Positions 37,219-47,939 of a stretch of 64,000 nt of DNA are shown one piece after another. The notes below the pieces were generated by a model. The model was not told the DNA's origin and did not search any database. It saw only the letters and a list, made by a program, of their open reading frames with translations. This DNA is from a virus: the IMG/VR virus record IMGVR_UViG_3300027977_000007. One strand, written 5' to 3'. How positions within the stretch are numbered: position 1 is the first letter of the stretch; the number at the start of each line of letters is the position of its first letter. A program made the position numbers and the translations under genes.

Positions 37219-38861
37219 TGATATCAATAATATACTGCACAAGAGAAACCAATCCAGAACACAAGGCTCATTTAGCTAAGACATGTGGTCTAGATAAACA
37301 TCTTGAAATCATTGAGATAGTTAATAATGGTGAGAGCCTAACAAGTGCGTATAATCGTGGCTTAAAACAAGCCAAGAATGATATCGTTGTTTTTTGTCAC
37401 GATGATTTAAGTATTGAAACTAAGCAATGGGGTACCAAGCTTATTAAGCTATTTAAAAACAATCCAGAATACGGTATAATTGGGGTTGCTGGAACCAAGC
37501 AAGTACCATCAAGTGGAATTTGGTGGGAAAACCCTAGAAAGATGTACGGGCGTGTTTCACACACACATGAGGGTAAGACTTGGTTATCATCTTATTCTGA
37601 TGACTTGGGTCATGAAATTGAAGAAACGGTAATCGTTGATGGTGTATTTTTTGCTATTGATAAATCCAGAATCAAAAAAACCTTTAACGAGGACGTACAA
37701 GGCTTCCATTTTTATGACCTTACCTTTTGTTATGAAAACCATTTGGAGGGCGTTAAGGTGGGTGTTACGACCTTAATACGGATAAATCACAGGTCTATTG
37801 GTGCGACAAATGAAGAATGGGAAAAAAATAGAGCACAATTTAGTGAATCTTTTAAAGAAACCCTACCAAAAGAAATTAAGAGAGTATTACGTAAGGGTGA
37901 AAAATTAAGGGTATTAATTGGTTGTTTAAATTTTACCAATCTAACTGGTTCTGAACTATATGTTTACGAATTGGCTAAGCAATTGGTTAAAGAGGGTTGT
38001 GAGGTAACTATATGTTCAAACATAGGTAAGCCGATGTTAGATATGGTAAAGCCACTTGGTATAAAGCTATATTCACTACAAGAACCACCTAACTATAAGC
38101 TAGGTGATGGTAAATGGTTATTAAAGACACAAAATGGTGATGTTGTATCGCAAGAGAATACATTATATCGTATTGGTAATACCACGTTTGATGTAATGCA
38201 TTTAAATCATAAACCAATAACCGAGCATCTATTAAGGTTATTTCCAGAGGTTCCAGCTATTTGTACAATACATTCTGAGGTTATCGCTTTGGAGGAACCC
38301 GTAGTATCCCCACAAATAAAGAAATACCTAGCAATTAGACCTGAGATTAAGGACCATATAGTTAAGCGATATGGTATAACTGAGGATATTGTTAGCGTTA
38401 TTTACAATCCAATAGATAACACTAAGTTTAAATCAGTACCATCGGTAAAAAAACGAGATAAAAAACGTGTATTATTTGTTGGTACGATTGACTATTTGCG
38501 TAAGAATTCAATCAATAATTTGATACAAAAAACTGCTGATAATAATCAAGAACTCTGGTTGGTTGGTCAATATAACGGTGTTACGGAATCTGAATTAAAT
38601 ATGGGGCCACACGTAAGTTATTTTCCACCAACATCTAGTATTGAAAAATATATACAAGAATGTGATGAAACTGCTGGTATACTATTAGGTAGAACAACCA
38701 TTGAAGGTTGGATGTGTGGTAAGAAAGGGTGGATATATGATGTTGACTCATCTGGTACAATACTTAGCAGTTCATTACATGATGTTCCGACAGATATAGA
38801 TAAATTTTATGCCAATAATGTAGTCAAAGAAATAATAGAAGAATATAAATCAATATTGTAA
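37218..38861 (+). CDS. Bifunctional glycosyltransferase (GT2-like + GT4-like)
   Basis: N-terminal AYNRGL...FCHDD...VDGVF...FHFYD; C-terminal TGSELYVYELA...VIYNPID...GRTTIEG. Confidence 0.75.
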   Translation: MISIIYCTRETNPEHKAHLAKTCGLDKHLEIIEIVNNGESLTSAYNRGLKQAKNDIVVFCHDDLSIETKQWGTKLIKLFKNNPEYGIIGVAGTKQVPSSGIWWENPRKMYGRVSHTHEGKTWLSSYSDDLGHEIEETVIVDGVFFAIDKSRIKKTFNEDVQGFHFYDLTFCYENHLEGVKVGVTTLIRINHRSIGATNEEWEKNRAQFSESFKETLPKEIKRVLRKGEKLRVLIGCLNFTNLTGSELYVYELAKQLVKEGCEVTICSNIGKPMLDMVKPLGIKLYSLQEPPNYKLGDGKWLLKTQNGDVVSQENTLYRIGNTTFDVMHLNHKPITEHLLRLFPEVPAICTIHSEVIALEEPVVSPQIKKYLAIRPEIKDHIVKRYGITEDIVSVIYNPIDNTKFKSVPSVKKRDKKRVLFVGTIDYLRKNSINNLIQKTADNNQELWLVGQYNGVTESELNMGPHVSYFPPTSSIEKYIQECDETAGILLGRTTIEGWMCGKKGWIYDVDSSGTILSSSLHDVPTDIDKFYANNVVKEIIEEYKSIL

Positions 38862-39847
38862 TGAGTAGCATTAAGGAATGGTTACGGAGTAAAGTGGCTT
38901 CAGTATTTATATCATTATCTAACGTAGAGAAGAATACTATAACGCAAGGTTCTGACCAAGTAAGTAATGATACACACTACACTAGAAGGAATACGCAGGG
39001 TACCTTAGCTGATTCGTTAATCAATGGTGAGGTTACCCAAGAAGTACAAAACTTGCGTTGGAGAACCTATAATATATTGAATCAAGTTTCTGGGTATAAG
39101 TCCAAAGTAGTTGGTTATGATGAAGATGGCCTACCAGTAACTGAAATGGTTAAATTAGATGTGAGCAAAGAACTAGATAATATTAAATTAGATACTGCTG
39201 ATTCTTATGTATTAGAGATGGTTGTCGATAATTCTGAAATTACCAACAATACTAATGATATAATGTTTGGTAAACATTTATTGGTATATGATACCCCTAA
39301 GATTATGTTTGGTGAGCTTAACACTAGTGACGATAAAATACCAGAGGCTGTTGAAAAATTTGCGTCACATGGTACAATTAATGACACCGAATACCATGCA
39401 ATTAATAAAACAGAAAAACCATTATTTGTTGGTCGTGACTTTTTTCCTAAGTTTAATATTGAAGATTACACAACCAAATTAAATATTAGAAGAATTGATG
39501 AAGAACATAGACTACTAGAATTTTATGTTAGTAAGTACCCAGATACCCATAGGAAGAACTCTGGGTTATTCATTAAAGAAGTAACAAAGGCAATAGCTAA
39601 TCCAACCCACATTAACTTTTTAGAGATAAAAAATGTATCATTTGTTACTGATAATACGATTGGTGCTAGTAACTACTTAAGATTTACTTATGATATACTT
39701 AAGTTTGACAAGATAGTTGAATTTAATGGCTCTTACGTTATTAAATTTATCGGCAAGGTAAGCATTAATGGGGTAAATATCTTTGAAGAATTTAGGGTTA
39801 CTGAGCTGGATGATAAATATAAAAATAAAGAAACCAAGAATCGATGA
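38861..39847 (+). CDS. Hypothetical protein
   Basis: 328-aa coupled ORF, no family recognised. Confidence 0.55.
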   Translation: MSSIKEWLRSKVASVFISLSNVEKNTITQGSDQVSNDTHYTRRNTQGTLADSLINGEVTQEVQNLRWRTYNILNQVSGYKSKVVGYDEDGLPVTEMVKLDVSKELDNIKLDTADSYVLEMVVDNSEITNNTNDIMFGKHLLVYDTPKIMFGELNTSDDKIPEAVEKFASHGTINDTEYHAINKTEKPLFVGRDFFPKFNIEDYTTKLNIRRIDEEHRLLEFYVSKYPDTHRKNSGLFIKEVTKAIANPTHINFLEIKNVSFVTDNTIGASNYLRFTYDILKFDKIVEFNGSYVIKFIGKVSINGVNIFEEFRVTELDDKYKNKETKNR

Positions 39848-40503
39848 AACTACTAATAAAATTTCCAACTAGAAATAGACCACATAAATTCTTAAAGACT
39901 TTGCACACTTACATGCGTCATCTTTATGATAAAGATACTGAAATAATTGTAAGCTGTGACCTAGATGATACATCAATGTCTGAGTCTTATATAATAGATT
40001 TCGTCAGTCAATACCCAAATGTTAAGTTACATTATAGTAACAATAAATCAAAGATTGAAGCGGTAAATGCTGATTTAACAGATGTTGATTTTGATATTTT
40101 ATTATTGGCTTCTGATGATATGATTCCAATAATACAAGATTTTGATGTAATAATTAAAAATAAAATGATTGAACACTACCCAGATACCGATGGTGTTTTA
40201 TGGTTTAACGATGGTTACCAAGGCAATCGACTAAATACACTCTGTATCTTAGGTAAAAAATACTATGATAGATTTAATTATATTTATAACCCAGAATATA
40301 TTAGTGTATGGTCTGATAATGAATTTATGGATGTTGCCAATATATTAGGTAAACAAACTTACTTTGATGATGTAATTATACAACACCAACATCCAGATTG
40401 GGGTCATGGTACGCACGATGTCATACATACATTAAATAATAAGTATGGAGTACACGATAAAAAAATTTATGAAAATAGGCGAAATAATAATTTTTATTTA
40501 TGA
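39844..40503 (+). CDS. Glycosyltransferase, GT-A/GT2-like
   Basis: Motifs KFPTRNRP, ASDDM, WSDNE and IQHQH. Confidence 0.7.
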   Translation: MKLLIKFPTRNRPHKFLKTLHTYMRHLYDKDTEIIVSCDLDDTSMSESYIIDFVSQYPNVKLHYSNNKSKIEAVNADLTDVDFDILLLASDDMIPIIQDFDVIIKNKMIEHYPDTDGVLWFNDGYQGNRLNTLCILGKKYYDRFNYIYNPEYISVWSDNEFMDVANILGKQTYFDDVIIQHQHPDWGHGTHDVIHTLNNKYGVHDKKIYENRRNNNFYL

Positions 40504-41330
40504 AGACGGCATTCAATACAATGTTAAAAAATGAAGCTAATATACTACCTGTTATATTAGAAATATGGAAAAAATATCCAATAGATTTATTTATATTTTA
40601 TGACGATAATTCAACTGATGAATCGGTTAAATTAATACGTGAAATTTTAGGTGAGGGTAGATATATAGTAATAAATGATAAATTAACCTTTTTTAACGAA
40701 TCACATAATCGACAACGAATGATTGATATCTCTAGAGACAATAACGTTGATATTGTTTTTTCTATTGATTGTGACGAATTGTTGTCAACAACAATTGTGG
40801 ATAACTTTACTAATTTTTTAAAAATCTACAATACACATGATATGTTTTTATTTTGGTATAATAGTGTTAACAATACAATAACTGAATATCGAACAGACCC
40901 ACAATATATAAATAATTATCGAAGTTTTATATTACCGCTGAATAAAACGGGTAACTTAGACACTAGTCAATTTAAATACCACACACCAAGAACACCAAAT
41001 GTTAATTTGCCCAAGATGTACAACAATGATTTTGGTATAATACATTTACAAGCACTTAACACTAAATATTACGCTATAAAACAGTTATGGTATAAACATC
41101 ATGAATTTGTCAATTATGGACATAGTGTTGAATTTATTAATTCAAGATATGATTCGGTTGTTAATAACTTGAATTTTAATGCAAAAAAAATTGACAATAG
41201 ATTAATAGAGGGTATTAATATTGACGTAAATATTTTTGAAGGATTGGAAAATGAAAAAGGTTACCTAAAATTTATTCAGGATAACTACAATGAAAAATTA
41301 ATAACATTTGGTAAAGAATTTTTAATATGA
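40500..41330 (+). CDS. Glycosyltransferase, GT2 family
   Basis: Motifs MLKNEA, YDDNSTDES, IDCDE and IIHL. Confidence 0.75.
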   Translation: MKTAFNTMLKNEANILPVILEIWKKYPIDLFIFYDDNSTDESVKLIREILGEGRYIVINDKLTFFNESHNRQRMIDISRDNNVDIVFSIDCDELLSTTIVDNFTNFLKIYNTHDMFLFWYNSVNNTITEYRTDPQYINNYRSFILPLNKTGNLDTSQFKYHTPRTPNVNLPKMYNNDFGIIHLQALNTKYYAIKQLWYKHHEFVNYGHSVEFINSRYDSVVNNLNFNAKKIDNRLIEGINIDVNIFEGLENEKGYLKFIQDNYNEKLITFGKEFLI

Positions 41331-42070
41331 ATGATTACACGATTGCTATAACTACGTTTTCTAAAAGATATGATTATGTTGTTAAACTTATAAAACAAAT
41401 TAGGTCTCACACTAATAAAACTATTGTCTTATCAATTAATGGTGAGAAAGATGGTATATTTAATGATGATTATCGTAAAAAAATACTTGAGTTATGCTCT
41501 AGTTATGAGAATGTATATCCATCATTTTTTATTGAGACTAGGGGGTTGTCAAAAATGTGGAATTCGTTATTGATTATGTCATATTATGATAATATACTAA
41601 TGTTAAATGATGATATTGAAATATTAGAATCAAACATATTTCAAACCGTTGAAAATCATATTAATTCAGACGCTTATCTTGGATTAACCAAAATTAATAA
41701 TTCATTTTCTCATTTTATCGTTAATAAAACTTTAATGGACCGAATTGGCTATTTTGATGAGCGATTATTAGGGTTTGGTGAGGAAGATGGTGATATAACG
41801 TATCGACTATTAAAAATTGGAATACCTATCATTAATATATCAGTAACTGGGGTTATTAATATTGTGACAAATATTAGACACGACCATATTACGGCTGGTA
41901 TTGGTAAATACTCAAAATTTAATAGGGATTTTATTTATAACTTTAAATATAGTCCAAATATGTCAAGTAATTATCGTGGTATGTTTGACACACCAATGGA
42001 CCAAAAGTTGCCAGATTTACATCAATACCCAACCGAACAATTTTTTCTAGAGAATAAATCTAAACTATAG
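41327..42070 (+). CDS. Glycosyltransferase, GT2 family
   Basis: Motifs GLSKMWN, LNDD and GYFDERLLGFGEEDGD. Confidence 0.75.
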   Translation: MNDYTIAITTFSKRYDYVVKLIKQIRSHTNKTIVLSINGEKDGIFNDDYRKKILELCSSYENVYPSFFIETRGLSKMWNSLLIMSYYDNILMLNDDIEILESNIFQTVENHINSDAYLGLTKINNSFSHFIVNKTLMDRIGYFDERLLGFGEEDGDITYRLLKIGIPIINISVTGVINIVTNIRHDHITAGIGKYSKFNRDFIYNFKYSPNMSSNYRGMFDTPMDQKLPDLHQYPTEQFFLENKSKL

Positions 42071-43284
42071 TGAAAATAATAAATCTAGTTGATATCGATA
42101 TTTATATTAAATTATTAGAACCTGATAATAATAATAGAGATATTAACATATACAAATTATCAAAGGTAATCCCAACTGGGGAATCACTTATATACCCGAA
42201 CCCTTTATTCTATTCAAAACATACCAATAATATATATAACCCTATTAATGAAAATATAATGTCATTAAAAGGTGTTGGTAAATCTAACACATTTAATATT
42301 AATAATTTAGAGTATAAAAAAATAATTGATATACCAGTATTTTTTTTTATTTATAATACTGATAACTATTTTCATTTTATTTATGACACATTACCGTATT
42401 TAATATCATATTTTAAACTTAAAGAAACAATACCAAACTTAAAGTTATTGGTTAATTATCCAAATTCCTCCATGCGACAATTCTATCGATTTGTGAGTGA
42501 CACATTAAATATTTTAGGTATTAGTGAAACGGATTTTATTTTTGTTAATAATAATATTTTATATGATACTGTTTATATTTCTTCATCATACACTCACGGA
42601 ATCGATTCAAATCTTCCACCTAGAAAAGAAATATATGATTTATATAATTTAATGGTTTCTAAAGTTAATTTAGATTATAACACACCAAAAAAAATATACG
42701 TTTCTAGACGAAGCTGGATACATGGCGATACATCTAACATGGGTACTAATTACACTAACAGACGTAAGCTTGATATAGAAAATGAATTAGTCGACCTATT
42801 AGTTAAAAATGATTATACTGAAGTATTTCCAGAGTCACTAACAATGTTAGAAAAAATACATCTATTCTCAAATGCTGAGAAAATAATAGGCCCAATTGGT
42901 GGTGGTCTATGTAATGTTTTATTTTCAAAGAAACAATGTGAATTAATCGCTATAATTTCACCAGAATTTTTTAATGTAAATGAACGATTTACATTTTCAT
43001 TAAATAATGTAAATTTATTTTTATTTGACGATGTTAAACATACTGAGACGACTGACTTCAAATCATTTATGCGAGTTAAATACGGTTCAATAATTGGGGA
43101 AATAATTAATGTTTATGATGATTCAGTTAAATTAGCTTATAATAATGTTTCGATTGCTGGATGGAATAGTGAAACTGAGTATCAAACTATTATAGTCAAA
43201 ACAAAAGATTGTATTAAGTTAGATAATGGGTTAAATTCCCCATGGACATTTGATATAGGTAAATTTAAAGAAAAATTTTTATGA
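42070..43284 (+). CDS. GT61/DUF563-like glycosyltransferase
   Basis: Motifs NYFHFIYDTLP, KKIYVSRR, RKLDIENE and IHLFSNAEKIIGPIGGGLCN. GTG start. Confidence 0.75.
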   Translation: MKIINLVDIDIYIKLLEPDNNNRDINIYKLSKVIPTGESLIYPNPLFYSKHTNNIYNPINENIMSLKGVGKSNTFNINNLEYKKIIDIPVFFFIYNTDNYFHFIYDTLPYLISYFKLKETIPNLKLLVNYPNSSMRQFYRFVSDTLNILGISETDFIFVNNNILYDTVYISSSYTHGIDSNLPPRKEIYDLYNLMVSKVNLDYNTPKKIYVSRRSWIHGDTSNMGTNYTNRRKLDIENELVDLLVKNDYTEVFPESLTMLEKIHLFSNAEKIIGPIGGGLCNVLFSKKQCELIAIISPEFFNVNERFTFSLNNVNLFLFDDVKHTETTDFKSFMRVKYGSIIGEIINVYDDSVKLAYNNVSIAGWNSETEYQTIIVKTKDCIKLDNGLNSPWTFDIGKFKEKFL

Positions 43285-44093
43285 CAAATATTAATTATAT
43301 AGTTTATAGTCACACATCTTATTTGGATATTTTAAATATTCAAACCGATTATTTAAGTGGTCATGGTAATTTGACCCTTTTTATTAATTCTAATAATTTA
43401 TCATTAGATAATTTATATAATAAATATAATAGGGTTATTTTCTATGACGATAGTTTTCAATACGCTAAACGATTATTAGATTGTTTAACCCAAATAGATG
43501 ACGAATATTTTTTATTAATTCACGATATTGATATTGTATTAAATGTGGATGGTGAAATATTAAAAAGTTTTTATGAATTTATGAAATCAAAAAACGTTGA
43601 TAGAGTCGATTTAAAGCAATCGCACAATCTAAACGTATCAAACGTCATAGAAGTGTCTAAAGATGTCTCACCAGCCTTATGGTGCGTTATTAACACTAAT
43701 GAAATTGGTGAGGGTATTTACCTTGTTAAACAAGAAGACCCAAAAGACTTTATATATAACGTCAATCCATCAATCTGGAAGCGTAAATCATTACTACAAT
43801 TATTAAACACATATTCAGAAAAAACGTATAGAACAATTGAGGGTATAGATGTACAAAATTATTGTAAATGTTTTGATGTTTATAAATTATATTCTAAAAA
43901 CGCAATAGAGTGCGGTTATTTTATTTGTTTGGATATTTTTAAATTTTTACATATAAGTCATAGTGGTAAGTTACTAAGACTAACTAACACATTTACAACG
44001 GAGTATAACCAGTCATACGTACCTATTAGTGAAGATTACATTAACATCGTAAATAATTATAATTTAAAAGATTCAAATAAATGGATACATTAG
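43281..44093 (+). CDS. Putative glycosyltransferase-like protein
   Basis: HDID (DxD-like) and YNVNPSIWK; glycan-locus context. Confidence 0.45.
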   Translation: MTNINYIVYSHTSYLDILNIQTDYLSGHGNLTLFINSNNLSLDNLYNKYNRVIFYDDSFQYAKRLLDCLTQIDDEYFLLIHDIDIVLNVDGEILKSFYEFMKSKNVDRVDLKQSHNLNVSNVIEVSKDVSPALWCVINTNEIGEGIYLVKQEDPKDFIYNVNPSIWKRKSLLQLLNTYSEKTYRTIEGIDVQNYCKCFDVYKLYSKNAIECGYFICLDIFKFLHISHSGKLLRLTNTFTTEYNQSYVPISEDYINIVNNYNLKDSNKWIH

Positions 44094-44839
44094 AGAATTA
44101 TAGGGTTTCATTTATAATAGCGCACAAATATTTTAGGGGTTATGAATCACATTTAAAATATTATATAGAACAAATTTTTAATTTGTATAATAACGCCTTT
44201 ATTGTTGTTGTTGACAACAATTCAACGTTTAAAAGTGAGATATTTGATACCTTACCAAATAATAACAACATCGTATTATTAGATAATAATATTGATTGTA
44301 AGTTTGAATTAGGTGCGTATCAGGTAGGTATAAAATATATGATTGATAATAATTTAATACATTTATTCGATTATTATGTATTCACACAAGATAATTTTAT
44401 ATTAAAAAATAAATACAATTTTAATAATTTATTTGACCATAACATAAATGCATGTCAAATAAATAGTTGGAAAAATGATTGGGCCAAAATGGACGTTTGT
44501 GAACCAATTTTAAAAAATATTGGATTGTTTAATAAATTAGACGAGAGTAAACTTTGTTGGTGTAATAGTTTCATCACAAGTAAAAAAGTTGTTAATAAAT
44601 TATATGAATATTTAACCAAAATAGTAATAACTACCAGACATCAAAGTGAGGGTTCTGAACGTTATCTAGGCAGAATTTTATTAGAATTAAATGATGGTCA
44701 CCCAACAATTGATATTGATGGTGATATCGGTGAATTAATTAAAAAATACGATTGTTGGAATGTCACACCAAGGAATGAAATTAATTCATACTTTATTAAA
44801 GTTGTACAACAAAAAAATGAACGAACTATAGATAAATGA
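44081..44839 (+). CDS. Putative glycosyltransferase-like protein
   Basis: Motifs VVVDNNS, FELGAY, FTQD and SERYLG. Confidence 0.5.
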   Translation: MDTLENYRVSFIIAHKYFRGYESHLKYYIEQIFNLYNNAFIVVVDNNSTFKSEIFDTLPNNNNIVLLDNNIDCKFELGAYQVGIKYMIDNNLIHLFDYYVFTQDNFILKNKYNFNNLFDHNINACQINSWKNDWAKMDVCEPILKNIGLFNKLDESKLCWCNSFITSKKVVNKLYEYLTKIVITTRHQSEGSERYLGRILLELNDGHPTIDIDGDIGELIKKYDCWNVTPRNEINSYFIKVVQQKNERTIDK

Positions 44840-45732
44840 TTATTGAAAATATAAATATAGGTAAAATAGGTTATAATATTAATCATGATATACATATAAA
44901 CGAGTATTATATGTATATTGTTAATCTATTTAAGGGATGGTTACACTCACAAGATAAAGCTTTAAATTTAGTAATAGGTAATTATAACTTTAATTTTGGA
45001 AATAATAATAAAATAATAAAAATAGATGTTCAATGTGAACATACATTAGTTAAAGATGGTGGTCGCTCTATAGGTGAACGAATATACGGTCAGGTAAAAC
45101 ATAAAGACGGTAATTATTTAGTTAGAATTGATAAATATGATTATTTAAATTCGTTAGATATTGTAATAGAATATAGTTTACCTAATATGTTTAATATTTT
45201 ATCTAATAAAAAATTTAATGATTACTACACCAAAAATATTTATATTGCCCCTATACTTTATGATATTAATTTTTCTAACTTAAATAAAACTGATATTGTA
45301 ACACTTTTTTCTAAAAACGGTAGTCAACGTAGAGGTAATATTTTAGCTGATATGGTTAAATTAAATATTCCAAATAAAACAATCGAGTCTTGCTTTAGTA
45401 GTCAATGTATATTGGATTTATATGATAGTTGTAGAATTCTGGTAAATGTCCACCAAACAGACCATCATCATACCTTTGAAGAACTTAGGGTATTACCAGC
45501 ATTATTAAATGGTGTTATCATTATTAGTGAAGACGTACCATTAAAAGAAACTATCAAATACAGTGATTATATCATTTGGGTTAATTATGATGAAATTGCC
45601 AATAAAACACTAGAAGTTATGAATAATTATGATTATTATTATAATAAAATTTTTGGTGATGGTGTTTTAAGTTTAATTTTAACTAATTTAAAAGATAATA
45701 ATATAAAAACAATTAATAATATAAAAATATGA
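44836..45732 (+). CDS. Putative glycosyltransferase (GT-B C-terminal-like)
   Basis: ILVNVHQTDHHHTFEELRVLPALLNGVIIISE. Confidence 0.5.
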   Translation: MIIENINIGKIGYNINHDIHINEYYMYIVNLFKGWLHSQDKALNLVIGNYNFNFGNNNKIIKIDVQCEHTLVKDGGRSIGERIYGQVKHKDGNYLVRIDKYDYLNSLDIVIEYSLPNMFNILSNKKFNDYYTKNIYIAPILYDINFSNLNKTDIVTLFSKNGSQRRGNILADMVKLNIPNKTIESCFSSQCILDLYDSCRILVNVHQTDHHHTFEELRVLPALLNGVIIISEDVPLKETIKYSDYIIWVNYDEIANKTLEVMNNYDYYYNKIFGDGVLSLILTNLKDNNIKTINNIKI

Positions 45733-47186
45733 AAGTTGCATTACTTATAGCTGGATATTTAAGAAGTTATAGTGAGAATATAAACTTCATTAAAAAAGAA
45801 ATTATTGACAAATACAAAGATGTCGATGTGTATTTACATATAACAAACAGTGAAAACTCAGAGGATAAATATTTTAATCAAATAGATGATTCAGATATTA
45901 AACGTATTACTTCAGATTTAAATCCTATATCTACAATTATTGAAAAAAATATACACTACACTGATGATAAATTAATGAACAATTTAATAAATCATTGGAG
46001 TAAGTTATATAAATTGAATAGCTTAAAGAAGCTTACTGAAGAGTATAAAGATGAAAAATATGACTTGGTTATTAGATACAGGCCAGACCTTTCAATAAAA
46101 ACTGAAAATATTTTTTATGAGTTTGCTAAAGGTGTTGTTTTTATACCTAAAGATAGTAAGATTGACAAGATACGCTTAACCAAACCAACTGATAAATATC
46201 TTTGCGATGCATTGGCTTTTGGTGATTCAGTTAGTATGGATAACTATTTTAATATATATAAAAATTTAAGTAAATTAATGGCTAACCATGGGGTGGTTTC
46301 TGAGACATTATTATACAAATATCTTAATCTATTTAATATTAACTATAAATTAATCGATATTGAATATAGTTTTTTACTCTCTAAATGTAATGTTTTTGCT
46401 ATTTGTGGTGATTCTGGTTCTGGAAAATCAACACTAAGCAATTTATTAAAAGATACATTTACCGATTCATTCAAATTAGAATGTGATAGATACCATAAAT
46501 GGGAACGAACAAATAGGAATTGGGATACTATAACGCATTTAAACCCAAGAGCTAACTACATAACTAAGATGAATGAGGATATTTTTAACCTTAAAGTTGG
46601 AAATGAAATATTCCAAGTGGATTATAATCATAATAATGGTAAATTTACAGATAAACAATTAATAAACCCAGCTAATAATTTAATTGTTTGTGGCCTACAT
46701 AGTTTATACGGTAAGCATGAATTATTTGATTTGAAAATCTATATGGATACCGATGATAATTTGAAAAAAAAATGGAAAATAATCCGTGATGTTAAAGAAC
46801 GTGGATATACAGTTGAAAAAGTATTAGAAAGTATTGAAAAAAGGTCAGCTGATTTTATCCAATATATAGAGCCACAAAAAGATGCCTCTGATTTAATAAT
46901 AAGATTTTTTACGGTGGAAGAAGTTAACTTTAATGACCTCGATGCTAATCCAAAAATAAGTTTAGAAATCTCAATTAGTAATGTTTTTAATACTGAGAAA
47001 ATACAAGAAATTCTTAAAACTAAAAGTATCTTATTTACTACTAGTTTTAATGACAAATTTACTAAATTTATTTTTTTAGATTATGAAAATATTAATTTTT
47101 TTAGTAGTGTAGAAATACCTATCACTGGTACCTTTTATGATTATATATTATTTTTTATTTTTCAATTAGGGTTTACTAATCAATAA
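45729..47186 (+). CDS. Fusion: putative glycosyltransferase-like domain + phosphoribulokinase/uridine-kinase-family kinase
   Basis: N-terminal VALLIAGYLR...YDLVIRYRPD...DALAFG...SETLL. C-terminal GDSGSGKST, DRYH, LNPRAN, YNHNNG, GLH, IIRDVKERG and YIEPQK (PRK-like). Confidence 0.75.
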   Translation: MKVALLIAGYLRSYSENINFIKKEIIDKYKDVDVYLHITNSENSEDKYFNQIDDSDIKRITSDLNPISTIIEKNIHYTDDKLMNNLINHWSKLYKLNSLKKLTEEYKDEKYDLVIRYRPDLSIKTENIFYEFAKGVVFIPKDSKIDKIRLTKPTDKYLCDALAFGDSVSMDNYFNIYKNLSKLMANHGVVSETLLYKYLNLFNINYKLIDIEYSFLLSKCNVFAICGDSGSGKSTLSNLLKDTFTDSFKLECDRYHKWERTNRNWDTITHLNPRANYITKMNEDIFNLKVGNEIFQVDYNHNNGKFTDKQLINPANNLIVCGLHSLYGKHELFDLKIYMDTDDNLKKKWKIIRDVKERGYTVEKVLESIEKRSADFIQYIEPQKDASDLIIRFFTVEEVNFNDLDANPKISLEISISNVFNTEKIQEILKTKSILFTTSFNDKFTKFIFLDYENINFFSSVEIPITGTFYDYILFFIFQLGFTNQ

Positions 47187-47213
47187 AAAAATATTATTTT
47201 TTTAATAAAAATT

Positions 47214-47939
47214 ATGGATAAACTTAAACAAATAAGCAACGAAAATAAATTAAACGAAATTAGTCAAAATACTTATGACAAGTTTAATAACTTTATTTTT
47301 TCGGAGGATATAAAATTAACTGGTAAACTTTTACATAGATTTGAATACTTTTTAAAAATAAAAGATTTACCAGGTGATATAGTAGAAATTGGTGTATTTA
47401 AGGGTTCTGGGGTGGCTAGTTTTATGAAATTTATTGAGATTTACTGCCCAAATTCGAATAAAAAGGTTGTTGGTTTTGATATTTTCGATACGTTTGAGGC
47501 TAAGGAAATTCTTAATAAAGATGGTGATTTAGATAAAGACAATATGACTATTGTTTATGATAGAGTTGACTCAAAAGACTTAACGCTAGAAGCTGTTACT
47601 AACCAAATAATTAAAACCAAAATTACTACCGATAAATTTAAATTAATTAAAGGAGATGTTCAAGATACGATACCTAAATTTTTAGAGGAAAACTTAGGCT
47701 TTAGAATATCTTTATTATATATTGACGTTGATTTAGATAGGCCCACATATTATTCATTAAAATACCTTTGGGATAGAATACTTCCTGGTGGTTATATACT
47801 TTTTGATGAGTATGAATACCATAAATTTAGCGAAAGTGCTGGTGTTGAGCGTTTCTTAAAAGAAATGGGTATTGAATACAACCTTAAATCAACTAACTGG
47901 GTCGCCCCAACAGCCTTTATGCTTAAGAAAGGATTCTAA
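47214..47939 (+). CDS. TylF/MycF-family sugar O-methyltransferase-like protein
   Basis: Motifs LPGDIVEIGVFKG, VGFDIF, LIKGDV, YIDVDL and PGGYILFDEY. Confidence 0.8.
   Translation: MDKLKQISNENKLNEISQNTYDKFNNFIFSEDIKLTGKLLHRFEYFLKIKDLPGDIVEIGVFKGSGVASFMKFIEIYCPNSNKKVVGFDIFDTFEAKEILNKDGDLDKDNMTIVYDRVDSKDLTLEAVTNQIIKTKITTDKFKLIKGDVQDTIPKFLEENLGFRISLLYIDVDLDRPTYYSLKYLWDRILPGGYILFDEYEYHKFSESAGVERFLKEMGIEYNLKSTNWVAPTAFMLKKGF

Noticed and set aside
46380-47186. Phosphoribulokinase as a carbon-fixation auxiliary gene
   Set aside because: It is fused to a GT-like domain inside a sugar-modification cassette, and no RuBisCO or other Calvin-cycle genes are in the window.
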